Shown: positions 38,331-47,834 of the stretch, in pieces | How positions within the stretch are numbered: the first letter of the stretch is position 1 | Layout: each line of letters begins with the position of its first letter | IMG/VR virus record: IMGVR_UViG_3300045988_175328 | Coordinates: 64,001-128,000 of that record | Reading direction: 5' to 3' (one strand) | DNA length: 64,000 nucleotides | Source: a virus | Made by a program: the position numbers and the translations under genes | Notes under the pieces: generated by a model | What the model was told of the DNA's origin: nothing | The model's input: the letters and a program-made list of their open reading frames with translations, nothing else | The model's database searches: none

Positions 38331-38999
38331 TAAAATCTCAAACTAACACTCCTGACTTTTAGTCATGAGATACAGTTTTGGAAACTAGTAAGGATGTTGG
38401 GAAACTAGCATCTAGTGGCGGGTTAAATCCGTCCAACAAAGACACTGAATTGCTGGGAACCCCTAAAGCTCAAAGTGCCTTGATGGTCACGAAAGTAGAA
38501 ATAAATCTTTGAGATAGTATACGGTTAAATCCTAAGTACTAAGTGACAATGGGCAATCAGCAGCGAAGCCGGATCTATTTTTAAACCGGAACGTTCAACG
38601 ACTAGACCTCTTGAGGGTCGTACACCGTAAGCGATTGACGGTGGAAGTGGTGTCGCCTAAGTTAAGCAGATAGTGCTTAATATGGATAAGATATAGTCTG
38701 TGCTTGTATGAAAATACAAGGTGCGGGTAGTGCCGCCGGTTAGAAAGTAGCGTTTCTAGCTGAATGAGGCTTCACAAAACGTGGTTCTAAAAAATGCCCT
38801 TAAAATATAGATATTTTACAGAAAATATGCTATACTATATTTGTTAAAAGTAAGGCTGTAGATCGAAAGATCTTATGCTGTAGAGGCGACCTGGGCACGC
38901 CTAAAAGAATAAGGGGTTCTTAGAGATCCAAACTTCTTAATAGAGAAACTTTTTTATGGCTCTCTTAGAACCACGTGATTTTAATCATGTGAAGCTCAG
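38331..38999 (+). ncRNA. group I (IA2) intron between the 1682-aa and 1897-aa ORFs
   Basis: The core is homologous to 7735-8070 and 10620-10935: CACTGAATTGCTGGG, GGTTAAATCCTAAG, GGCAATCAGCAGCGAAGC, GTTCAACGACTAG and AAGATATAGTC at 38689-38699. P1: AT|TAAAA (38329-38335) pairs with TTTTAGT (38357-38363), with U38330-G38362. The 3' end ...TCAG (G38999) is homologous to ...AACAG of the 10552 intron. Confidence 0.7.
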
Positions 39000-41900
39000 A
39001 ATTATGATAATATTCTTTACGCAGATAAATATAATCAATTTAGAATAAAAACTATGGGTGCCTTATCTATTCCAGTATTTACAGAAGAGGCTCTTCGTAA
39101 AAACAGAATTCTTAATCGATATGACGATAAAGTCTATGATATTCGATATAAAAATTATAATGAAGGTATAGGTATTTCTCGTGAAGAATTCATGAACTAT
39201 CGATTAAGTTTTATTGATCCATATTATTCTAAAGCTCCAATCTGGCAAACTACGCAATATATGAAAAATTGTATAAATCATATCAATTATTCAAAAGTAG
39301 CTTTTTTAAGAAATGTTCTTTATATACTTGCCATTCTTGTAATGGAAGATATTATGCCAACATATTTAATCGATGTTTTAGGAACAGGCGCAGTTAGTGA
39401 AACAAAAGCATTAGAATTTATTAAAAATCTAAAGCTTGCCAACAATGCAGAAAAGAAAAACTATGATACCTTAAAAGAGTTTGTCATGAAAAATAAAACA
39501 ACCTATGTAAATGGCAAAATCTTTATAGCTTTCCTTCTTGCAATGAATATTGAAGATGATGAACTTTGGAAATTAGTTTTCAGTAAAGATACAGTAGGAT
39601 TAAATGCTTATAAGCAAAAGATTCTATCTAAGTTGTCTGGTAAAACTGCTTCGCTTACAGAATCAGAAAAACGAGTTCGCAAATTATTCTTAGCAATGAT
39701 ACCAACTGGTATTGTTAAGGATTTAGAAGAACTTGGGACTGAGGACTCTGAAGAAAACACTGTTACTGATATGATATCTTCATTGCAGCAAAAATTTGTT
39801 TTAACTGCTAATAAACAGCCATTCCGAAAAATCAGAGATATGTTTCTTAATATGGTTCAAACTGATATTCGAGGAAGGATGCTTCGAGGATTTCCAACAT
39901 TCCATTTGATCTTTATTGACGAAGGTCTTCAAACTGGCTACTGGAAAATGCATGACAGTTTCTATAGCTCTAATTCTATTAGTTCGATACAAGTTGTTAA
40001 ATCCAAAAACATTGCAGCTGATACAGCCACAATTGTCCTCAATAATTTGTACAACAATATTATTGATGAATATGAATCATTTGATCCGACTGATGGATTC
40101 TTTACTCAGATACAATATGGCGTTGCTGCTATGGAAAAAGTTTATGACTCGATTTTCAATCCGGAGCAATTTGTACGCGAAGCTGAATTCAAACGAAGCC
40201 TGATCCCTGAACATTCTGGAATTAAACTAGTCGCGGGAGCTCGTATTCATTTAAGAATGGGATATGGTTCTGATAGTGCTAAATTAAACCCTATGTTTAA
40301 TGGCACCATTACTGAAGTATTGGGAGGAGAAGTTGTTCAAATAACAGCTCAAGGCGATGGAATTGAACTGTCAAATCCAATTCTTGAAGATAACTATGGA
40401 GACAAAATAAAAAATCGTGGATTAAGTTATCTCTCTTGGAATACATCTAATTATGGTAAATCTTATGGTGGTGTAACTCCTAGAACTTTAATTAGTTCTT
40501 TCTTAACAGTAACTGATAATAATTTCTTGTCTAGCGCTCTTAAGGATCTTCACAATAAAGACTTTGCTTCTAATTGGGTAAGAAATACTTCTGGAATATT
40601 ACGTTCAGCAATGAATGCCGTAAATCCGTTCGGACTTTATCATTTTGGACAAGTATCTTATAATAGATTTTTTATTAATGGAGAACCTGTTCAAAATATT
40701 TACGAAGTGGATGAATCTGGTGTTTATTTTGGTAATCAAAAATTATCTGGGAAATATTATCGAGGATTTTTAAAAGATGAAAATTCGCGCGAATTAAATA
40801 AGTCTTATTTACAAGGGCTTTTGAATACAGATAATGAATTTTTTGGATCAATTGGTGCAGGTCTTTCTAATCTTGGAGATTTATTCCCATTCCACTTTGG
40901 GGACAATGGCGATTTTAAGGCTCCATATGTTAGTATAAAAACGCAAGGTAGAACGCTATGGGATATCCTTAAATTCTCGGCTTCTGCAAGTCCGTCTTTT
41001 ATTGGCGCTATCGATAATTTTGGATTTAGAAGTACAGTGTTTTTAGGCAGACCAGATTGGTATTATGCATATCGATATGGTAAAACTGCCGATAATGGGG
41101 TTATTGAATTAAGAAAACCATTCCAACAAATCCATATTTATACTTCAGATAATGATATTATTAGAAACGATATTCAAACTACTTCTAATAAAGTAACGAC
41201 AGTTGCTCGTGGCGTCTATGAATATGAAGACATGAAACGTTCTACTGATGATGTGTATTTTGATCGAGATATTTATCCAGAATATCAACGAAAAATGATT
41301 GTTGACACTTGGCTTTATGGACGCTCTCAAACAAGTACAACTGCTGAAAATCTTTTCAATGTTGATTCTACAGATGGATTAGTTGACAAAACTCTTGGCG
41401 GTGGTGTTATTATCGGAAATATTCTAGGATGGGCCTGGAGAAATACTGTCGGAAGACTTGGTGACTATGACCTTCTTTCTGGCGGTGAAAATCATAATTT
41501 TAAAAAAACTGCTAGAAAGATGACAATTAGCCGTTTGCGTCAATCCTTAGAGCAACTATACACAGGAAATCTTGTTGTATATGGAGATCCTTCTATTAAG
41601 CCACATGATTTTATCGTAATTCATGATGAAGTAACTAGTTTATCTGGCCCAGCTACTGCCAGAGATATTGTTCATTCTTTAAGTTTTGAAACTGGGTTTG
41701 TAACAACTATTTCTCCTGATGCTATTGTAGACCCTATTAATGATAAAGAAAGTAAACTTAGAACTGTTCAAGTTCTTGGTACTTCCTTGGGAATGATTCA
41801 ACATGCTCTCTTTTTAAGAAATATGTTATATTCAGAAGTCGCAGAAAAAATCATACAATCTATTTCTGATTTTACAGCAGAAAAAATGTATGAATTAAGA

Positions 41901-44747
41901 AAAAAATATTCAGATAAGCTTTATAAAAAATTTAGTAATAAATATGAGAGAATGCAAAGATATCAAATTAATTCAGAGTTAGCTGCTAGAAAAGTTCCTA
42001 TATATGAGGAAAAGATTTCTAACATAAAACATGAAATAATTGAAATTGAAAAGCAGACTCTTAATTATAAAGCGTATATGAATGATGATGTTTTTTCTAA
42101 AAATGTTCAAGATTATTATAATAAAAACGAAGAACTTTCTAAATTAAAACTTCAAAAACAAAATTATTTAAGTAAAGGCATACCAAATACTGATTCTATA
42201 ATTACAAATTTAGATAGCTCTATTAACAATTTAGAACAAGAAATTGCTAAGATTGAGCCTTCTTTGTCTGGAGTAGGTGAATCTAAAGCATATAGTGCTT
42301 ATACAGAAATTCGAAAAAAAGAAGCTCAAATTTCTATGCTTGAAAGGCATCTCGAAAAATATAAAAAATTCGCAGAGACAGCAAAAAAGACATTAGACAA
42401 ATTTACTTTTAATTTTTACAAGGATAAATTAAATCTTCTTGTTAACAAAGTAGAAATTTGGAGAGATAATTCCAAAGCTCTTGAACTAGCTAAACTTGCA
42501 TTCATGAATGATTTTGTAAAAAGTGTTCGTCCTAAATATGCTGATGAATATAAAAAGCTAGAACAATTATCTAGTGGATGGGATGAATGGGATACATTAA
42601 TCACTGACGATGCTGTTCGTAAAGAATTAAAAGATTATATATCTGGTAGTTCAATTTCTCCAGAGCTTGCTAAAGAAATAGAAGACGCAAGAACTGGAAT
42701 GAAAGATTTGCTAAATAAAATATCTACTCTTCAAACTCAAATTGAATCATCATACGATAGCTTAAAAATATCAGCAGAAGCACTTGAAGAATATGAAAAA
42801 AATGGGAAACTCCCAGACATAAACATTTCTAATAGCAATATTTCAAGAAACGCTTACTATGAAGATTATAAAAAATTAGCTGCCGAAAAAGAAGAATTAG
42901 ATAAAATTCCAGATGTCAATAGAACTCAAAAACAAAAAGATACTATTAAAAAACTTCAAGATGCTATTGATCAATTAAAGATAGATTATAACAATAAATT
43001 TAATGATCTTTTTGATGTCTCTAAACTTGAAATATTAAATAATGCATTAGTTAAAACTGGAGATCCTGAAAAAATAGAGATTGCTATTAAAGAGACAGAA
43101 ATTTTAAGAGCTCAACTCTCATACTATGAAAAAGCTATAAGTGTTCTTGATGATGTTAGTTTCGAAAGAGAAAAAACTACTAGGTTAATATCTTTACTTA
43201 AAGAACACCAAGCAGCTATTCTTGATATCCTAGAGAAAAGAAAAGAAGCTTTAACTGCTTTAGGTAATCTTAGAGGGACAGATCTCTATAAAGCTATTCA
43301 GAAACTTCCTGATGATCTTAAAGAAAAAGTTTTAAAAGATTTATCTCCTAAAATGGAAAATTTAGATGAGATTTTAAAGACTATTGCAGAGATTGCTCAA
43401 GACGAAGCGACAGTTGCAAAAGAGCTTAAGTCACTTATTGCTACAGAATCTTCTATTGCTCGTTTTAACGAAGCTATGAAAGGCAATGGCGTTATTAATC
43501 TTGTTCTTAAAAAATATAGCATTATTGAGAATCTTGGAGGACCTATTAAATACATTAGTAAAGTATTTGGTGTCTTATCTAAAGCATTTGCATTCCCAGG
43601 AAAAATTATTGCATTTGCTGAAAAAATTCCAGTAATAGGTCCTCTTCTTAAAAAACTTGGAAGCAAGACAGCAACATTAATTACATTCTTAGGTGAAATG
43701 TGGGGCATTGAACTTGCAGCATTTTTAAATAATTATAAGACATTACAGATAACTCCACTTACTAAAAATGGTACTCCATTTATTCCATTCATGGGCGGAT
43801 CAATGGGAACCATTGTTGGCACTCCTAACTTTAATCGAAAAGGGCCATTATTTGAATTAATCACTCCATTCTTTAGTTCTGACGAAAAAATTAAGGAAGC
43901 TCATCCATTTAAATCATTTATTGGTGGATTTTTAGAGTTCTTTATGATGAATGATTTTACAACAGCTGTCGATACAATTAATGAAAATGTTGGTGCTCAA
44001 TATCCTCAAAGTGGGTATAAGATTAATATGGCAACTGATGTTCTTAATTCATTCTTTACAAGACAGCCGTTAAAAACATATCATCAATTATTAGCTCCTA
44101 AATATCCAGGGCAAAGTAATACTAGTCAAAATCCAGAACAAAAGAAAAGTGAAGAAGAGCTTCTTAAGGCAAAAATTTCTCAATGGCAACATAAATGGAG
44201 TTCAAGTGGATTTGCTCAAAATGCATTGACTCCTTTAATATATGTTCCAGATTCTGATTTGTTTTTATTAAAACAAGTTAATTTCTTTATTTCTAGATTT
44301 GAGAAATTAGATGATGAAGATTTATCGAATGTGACAACATTAGATCTTTCACTAGGTAGTAGAACTGAGAAAGTAAATTGCATTAAAGTAGAAACTTCAG
44401 AATCTGTGGAATATGATGCACCATTAATTCATCCATATGCAAATGCAGTTATTCTAAAAATTTTAACAGAATGCTACAATAAGCTTTCTTATAAAGAGAA
44501 AGTTGATAAAAATGAATTCTTAAATAAGGTTAGTCAAGACTACATTACTTATGCAAGTGGTTATAAGTTTAATGGTAGTAATATCTATACTTCTTCTGGG
44601 TTTGGATTTACTTTAATTCCTCATGGCGAATCAGTTAAAAATCTTGAAACAGTATTATCTTTAATGAAACAAGAAAACGTTCTTGATTTTAAAAAAGACG
44701 ACTCTGATAAATTTATCATTAATATTTTAATTCCACGGGATATTTAA
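39000..44747 (+). CDS. giant tail protein, predicted exon 2 (1915 codons): hub-like N-region, long coiled coil, hydrophobic segment
   Basis: The frame is open from 38985. ATG 39054 has no Shine-Dalgarno site (TTTAGAATAAAAACTATG). RIHLRMGYGSDSAKLNPMFNGTITEVLGGEVVQITAQGDGIEL resembles gpD/gp27/VgrG-type hub proteins. Heptad-rich region at roughly aa 900-1400, and a Gly/hydrophobic stretch (PVIGPLLKKLGSKTATLITFLGEMWGIELAAFL). Confidence 0.6.
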   Translation, partial: NYDNILYADKYNQFRIKTMGALSIPVFTEEALRKNRILNRYDDKVYDIRYKNYNEGIGISREEFMNYRLSFIDPYYSKAPIWQTTQYMKNCINHINYSKVAFLRNVLYILAILVMEDIMPTYLIDVLGTGAVSETKALEFIKNLKLANNAEKKNYDTLKEFVMKNKTTYVNGKIFIAFLLAMNIEDDELWKLVFSKDTVGLNAYKQKILSKLSGKTASLTESEKRVRKLFLAMIPTGIVKDLEELGTEDSEENTVTDMISSLQQKFVLTANKQPFRKIRDMFLNMVQTDIRGRMLRGFPTFHLIFIDEGLQTGYWKMHDSFYSSNSISSIQVVKSKNIAADTATIVLNNLYNNIIDEYESFDPTDGFFTQIQYGVAAMEKVYDSIFNPEQFVREAEFKRSLIPEHSGIKLVAGARIHLRMGYGSDSAKLNPMFNGTITEVLGGEVVQITAQGDGIELSNPILEDNYGDKIKNRGLSYLSWNTSNYGKSYGGVTPRTLISSFLTVTDNNFLSSALKDLHNKDFASNWVRNTSGILRSAMNAVNPFGLYHFGQVSYNRFFINGEPVQNIYEVDESGVYFGNQKLSGKYYRGFLKDENSRELNKSYLQGLLNTDNEFFGSIGAGLSNLGDLFPFHFGDNGDFKAPYVSIKTQGRTLWDILKFSASASPSFIGAIDNFGFRSTVFLGRPDWYYAYRYGKTADNGVIELRKPFQQIHIYTSDNDIIRNDIQTTSNKVTTVARGVYEYEDMKRSTDDVYFDRDIYPEYQRKMIVDTWLYGRSQTSTTAENLFNVDSTDGLVDKTLGGGVIIGNILGWAWRNTVGRLGDYDLLSGGENHNFKKTARKMTISRLRQSLEQLYTGNLVVYGDPSIKPHDFIVIHDEVTSLSGPATARDIVHSLSFETGFVTTISPDAIVDPINDKESKLRTVQVLGTSLGMIQHALFLRNMLYSEVAEKIIQSISDFTAEKMYELRKKYSDKLYKKFSNKYERMQRYQINSELAARKVPIYEEKISNIKHEIIEIEKQTLNYKAYMNDDVFSKNVQDYYNKNEELSKLKLQKQNYLSKGIPNTDSIITNLDSSINNLEQEIAKIEPSLSGVGESKAYSAYTEIRKKEAQISMLERHLEKYKKFAETAKKTLDKFTFNFYKDKLNLLVNKVEIWRDNSKALELAKLAFMNDFVKSVRPKYADEYKKLEQLSSGWDEWDTLITDDAVRKELKDYISGSSISPELAKEIEDARTGMKDLLNKISTLQTQIESSYDSLKISAEALEEYEKNGKLPDINISNSNISRNAYYEDYKKLAAEKEELDKIPDVNRTQKQKDTIKKLQDAIDQLKIDYNNKFNDLFDVSKLEILNNALVKTGDPEKIEIAIKETEILRAQLSYYEKAISVLDDVSFEREKTTRLISLLKEHQAAILDILEKRKEALTALGNLRGTDLYKAIQKLPDDLKEKVLKDLSPKMENLDEILKTIAEIAQDEATVAKELKSLIATESSIARFNEAMKGNGVINLVLKKYSIIENLGGPIKYISKVFGVLSKAFAFPGKIIAFAEKIPVIGPLLKKLGSKTATLITFLGEMWGIELAAFLNNYKTLQITPLTKNGTPFIPFMGGSMGTIVGTPNFNRKGPLFELITPFFSSDEKIKEAHPFKSFIGGFLEFFMMNDFTTAVDTINENVGAQYPQSGYKINMATDVLNSFFTRQPLKTYHQLLAPKYPGQSNTSQNPEQKKSEEELLKAKISQWQHKWSSSGFAQNALTPLIYVPDSDLFLLKQVNFFISRFEKLDDEDLSNVTTLDLSLGSRTEKVNCIKVETSESVEYDAPLIHPYANAVILKILTECYNKLSYKEKVDKNEFLNKVSQDYITYASGYKFNGSNIYTSSGFGFTLIPHGESVKNLETVLSLMKQENVLDFKKDDSDKFIINILIPRDI

Positions 44748-45112
44748 TGGACTTTTTTAAAAACAAAATAAAAGATGACTACGCTGGGCAATCTATACGT
44801 AACGATTCTTTCTTTAAAACAAGAGGCAATGTAATTTTAGCAGATGTTAAAACTTGTACTTGTTCTGTTACCTATATTGACAAATATGGGGAAATACAAG
44901 AAGAATCAAGAATGCCGGTTCAAACGAATACTCCTGACTCATGGTTCCCAAAACCTGGAGATTCTGTTATAATAGAACAGGGAATTGGCAAGCCACTTAT
45001 CACTGGTAGATGGCTGCCAGATTATTCGAAGCAGATCTATAAAGAAAGCAGACTGCTATCGGACATATTCCCTGATACATCAAATGAATCTTCAGGAGGA
45101 ACTATACAATAA
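44747..45112 (+). CDS. small baseplate spike/OB-fold-like protein (gpV-like?)
   Basis: 121 aa, with ATG overlapping the upstream stop. MPVQTNTPDSWFPKPGDSVIIEQGIGKPLITGRW resembles baseplate assembly protein V-type OB domains. Confidence 0.4.
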   Translation: MDFFKNKIKDDYAGQSIRNDSFFKTRGNVILADVKTCTCSVTYIDKYGEIQEESRMPVQTNTPDSWFPKPGDSVIIEQGIGKPLITGRWLPDYSKQIYKESRLLSDIFPDTSNESSGGTIQ

Positions 45113-46230
45113 TGGCAGAGAATCAACCGGTAGAAAAGCCAAAAGACGAGAAACCAAAAGCAGAACAGCCTGCTGAAAATAAAGAAAAAAAAGACTCCTC
45201 TGATAAAAAAGAGGAGTCAAATAAAAAAGAAGATACGGCAAAAAAGAGAGCTGAACAAATACAATTACTTAATCAAAAGCAAATAACTGAAAGTAATAAA
45301 AAAATATTAGAGCTCGATAAAGCTATTAATAATCTTGGAACTATTACAGGTGAAGAGCTTCCTCCGATCGATGAGGCTAAAAAGTATGAAAATTTAAAAT
45401 TTAATACAGTTGAGGCCGAAGAGAGTTATGAATACCCAGATCGATCTAAAGATTGGTTCCAAAAAATTGGTTTAGCGAGTATTGTCATAAAAGCAGGTAA
45501 GGCTATCGGTCTTAGCGTCGGCAATAATACAAAGCTTGGTGTTGATTCTCATGCAATTAATTTAATTGCGCCTACTGTTGAAATAAAAGCAAATCGATTA
45601 AATCTTAATGTCGATGAATTAACTATTAATGGACATAAGTTAAATAATCGATTATTTGAACTGTCTGATTTTAGAGAGATCCCAAATAAACCAGGTTCTG
45701 CTATTGGCAATCTTCAAATGAAAGGTACTGTTCTCGTTAAAGCATGGGAACCAAACCTGAATCGATATGTTCTGATTCGTCGGAATATTCACATGCCTTT
45801 ATTCAGTAAGATCTTAAATCCGCCAGAGATAAATGAAGGATTAAAGATTGACGATCCAACAAAACTTATTACAGATTTCAAAGCTTTCTCGAAAGAGATG
45901 CTTGCTGGCAATATGCCCGCTAAATCTGATGAAATCAAAAAAGCTTTAGATTCAGGCGCAGTAGAATTTGATCCTATTCTTAATAGTAATGTATTTGAAA
46001 TAAAAGTTAAAGATTATGCTGATTATAAAACTTTCCACGATAGTTTAACTCAGAAATATGAAACAAATAAGAAAGCATATGAAGAACTTGCTCAAAAAAG
46101 TACAGATACTAAAGCTAAGGATACTCTTGTAGCTCTTGAAAAAGCTTACAAAGATCTTGATTCTAGAGCTAAACAGTATTTTGATCTTAAAAATAAAAAA
46201 GCTGGTAAGCCTGAATCAAAAAAAGTATAG
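45112..46230 (+). CDS. putative central spike/needle protein with a Lys/Glu-rich N-terminus
   Basis: 372 aa. The short repetitive segment GLSVGNNTKLGVDSHAINLIAPTVEIKANRLNLNVDELTINGHKL is suggestive of a beta-helix. Confidence 0.4.
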   Translation: MAENQPVEKPKDEKPKAEQPAENKEKKDSSDKKEESNKKEDTAKKRAEQIQLLNQKQITESNKKILELDKAINNLGTITGEELPPIDEAKKYENLKFNTVEAEESYEYPDRSKDWFQKIGLASIVIKAGKAIGLSVGNNTKLGVDSHAINLIAPTVEIKANRLNLNVDELTINGHKLNNRLFELSDFREIPNKPGSAIGNLQMKGTVLVKAWEPNLNRYVLIRRNIHMPLFSKILNPPEINEGLKIDDPTKLITDFKAFSKEMLAGNMPAKSDEIKKALDSGAVEFDPILNSNVFEIKVKDYADYKTFHDSLTQKYETNKKAYEELAQKSTDTKAKDTLVALEKAYKDLDSRAKQYFDLKNKKAGKPESKKV

Positions 46231-46266
46231 ACTCAGCCTGAGAAAAAATAAAATAATTAAATTACG

Positions 46267-46292
46267 AGTAGGGTATTTTATACCCTACTTTT
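46267..46292 (+). terminator. rho-independent terminator
   Basis: AGTAGGGTA (46267-46275), loop TTTTA, TACCCTACT (46281-46289), then TTTT. Confidence 0.75.
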
Positions 46293-46308
46293 GTAATATA
46301 GGACCCGT

Positions 46309-47319
46309 ATGAGTTACCTAAATCATAATAAAATAATTGAGTATATAGGTAAAGAAAATCAAGAATATATTTCAAAACACTATGAAGAAATTTACAAAAA
46401 AGAATTTGAGAAAAAAGAAAAATTTAGTTTATCCAAACGATACTTAAAGCTTGAGGAAAGACTTAAGGACCGAAGTGTAACATTAAGCAAAGAAGATCAA
46501 GAAAAGTTTGAAGAAATAAAAAAGAAGATAAAAGAAGCCGAGGCAATTAATGATGTTTCTGCACTAAAAAAAATGTCAGAAATATTAAATACATTGCCAT
46601 TTATAAAAGAAGGCAAGAAAGATGACAAAGGCAATATAACTTTTGTTCCTGAGATTGCGAAATTAAATGATTATTTCGATGGCATTGTCGATAAAAAAAT
46701 AAGTGAAGAAATTAATAAAATTACTCACGGAAGAATTAAAGATTTTAATGAGCTCTTAAAAAAACGTGAGCAAGTAATTTCTATCATTAAAACATATAAA
46801 CATTTAAAAACACATGATCCTAAAGCAGCTGCAGAAGTATTTGAGTCCATCAAGAAAAAAGCTCAAGAATACTCTATAAAAGAAATTGAGGCTAGGTCTA
46901 ATAAGCTTTTTGAAAGATATAGAACAGAAGGTTTTAAAAAATATGATAGTCTTGAAAAGAGAACGCTCGGCTATCTTGACAAAGGTTTAAATATCTATAA
47001 GGACTGGGATAAAAAATTGCGAAGTTGGGACGCTCAAATCAATAACAGCGTTTCAATAATTAATAATATAAATATCATATCTAGTAAAACAAAAGATAAG
47101 GTAATTATTAATACGCAACGTCTTGGTAAAATTACGACAGCTCTCGATAGATTCAATAAACATGTTGTAAAATATCGACAAATTGTTACTGAAAAATTAG
47201 CTCAAGCTAGAGCATGGGTAAATAAACAAGTCGATCGTTTAAAAACTTATGTTACTGATAAAGTTAAAGGGTATGCCTCTAAGGCTTTAGGAAGTGCTTT
47301 AGGTAGATTAAAATGGTAG
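46309..47319 (+). CDS. coiled-coil hypothetical protein
   Basis: 336-aa Lys/Glu-rich ORF that starts a new operon segment after the terminator. Confidence 0.55.
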   Translation: MSYLNHNKIIEYIGKENQEYISKHYEEIYKKEFEKKEKFSLSKRYLKLEERLKDRSVTLSKEDQEKFEEIKKKIKEAEAINDVSALKKMSEILNTLPFIKEGKKDDKGNITFVPEIAKLNDYFDGIVDKKISEEINKITHGRIKDFNELLKKREQVISIIKTYKHLKTHDPKAAAEVFESIKKKAQEYSIKEIEARSNKLFERYRTEGFKKYDSLEKRTLGYLDKGLNIYKDWDKKLRSWDAQINNSVSIINNINIISSKTKDKVIINTQRLGKITTALDRFNKHVVKYRQIVTEKLAQARAWVNKQVDRLKTYVTDKVKGYASKALGSALGRLKW

Positions 47320-47834
47320 ATTTCGAATTAAAAAATGATGACATAGTGATTGCTAAAGGCGATAAGAATAATACTTTAAAAATAAAATTTCAGATTAAAG
47401 ACAATCACTCTCCTCTAAAGATACAGTTTTTATTAAATTCTGTTGTTAGAGAAGAAAGAAAAAAAAACTTAAAAATTAAGTTTAAAATCAATGATCCGAA
47501 TATCGCCAAAGGAAGTAATTCTAAGGTTTCAGCTATATACGAAAAAGAACATAATGTTCAACAAACTGTTATGCGATTGAAAACAGAGCTTGGAGAATTG
47601 CCATTGTATTCATGGTATGGATCTAGACTCGTTGAATATCGTCATGAAGATAAATTTAAAAAAGAAAATATTGTCGCAATTAAAGCGGCCGTTCAAGAAG
47701 TTCAATATGTAGATGGATTAAAAACATTAGTTAGTACTAACAATGATCCATCACAATATATGTCTTGGCACAATATTCTTCTCGAAATATACGATGAAGA
47801 AAATCAAGAAGTATTAAGGAAGGTGAAGATTTGA
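47313..47834 (+). CDS. baseplate wedge protein, gp25/GPW-like (tentative)
   Basis: 173 aa. VQQTVMRLKTELGELPLYSWYGSRLVEYRHED resembles the core of the gp25/W family (T..GER...P.FG..L). Confidence 0.45.
   Translation: MVDFELKNDDIVIAKGDKNNTLKIKFQIKDNHSPLKIQFLLNSVVREERKKNLKIKFKINDPNIAKGSNSKVSAIYEKEHNVQQTVMRLKTELGELPLYSWYGSRLVEYRHEDKFKKENIVAIKAAVQEVQYVDGLKTLVSTNNDPSQYMSWHNILLEIYDEENQEVLRKVKI

Noticed and set aside
7507-38699. The recurring AAGATATAGTC / GGTTAAATCCTAAG strings as CRISPR-like or other direct repeats
   Set aside because: The copies are hundreds to thousands of nt apart at irregular spacing. They sit at fixed positions within homologous ribozyme cores, so they are conserved catalytic-core elements and not an array.
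38957-39052. 31-codon ORF (MALLEPRDFNHVKLRIMIIFFTQINIINLE) in the intron's 3' region
   Set aside because: It has no convincing RBS. It spans the closing stem of the insert and the predicted 3' splice site. It is out of frame with the downstream giant ORF.
39054-39056. ATG 39054 as the independent start of a separate 1897-aa gene
   Set aside because: It has no Shine-Dalgarno site, the frame stays open 23 codons upstream, and the homologous intron 3' end (TCAG|) falls in frame at 39000. This is not fully excluded, and proteomics would decide.
5927-46308. tRNA or other small RNA genes in the few intergenic gaps (5927-6003, 6475-6528, 11146-11195, 33187-33284, 46231-46308)
   Set aside because: The gaps are short and are explained by terminator hairpins and RBS regions. 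I could not fold a cloverleaf in any of them.
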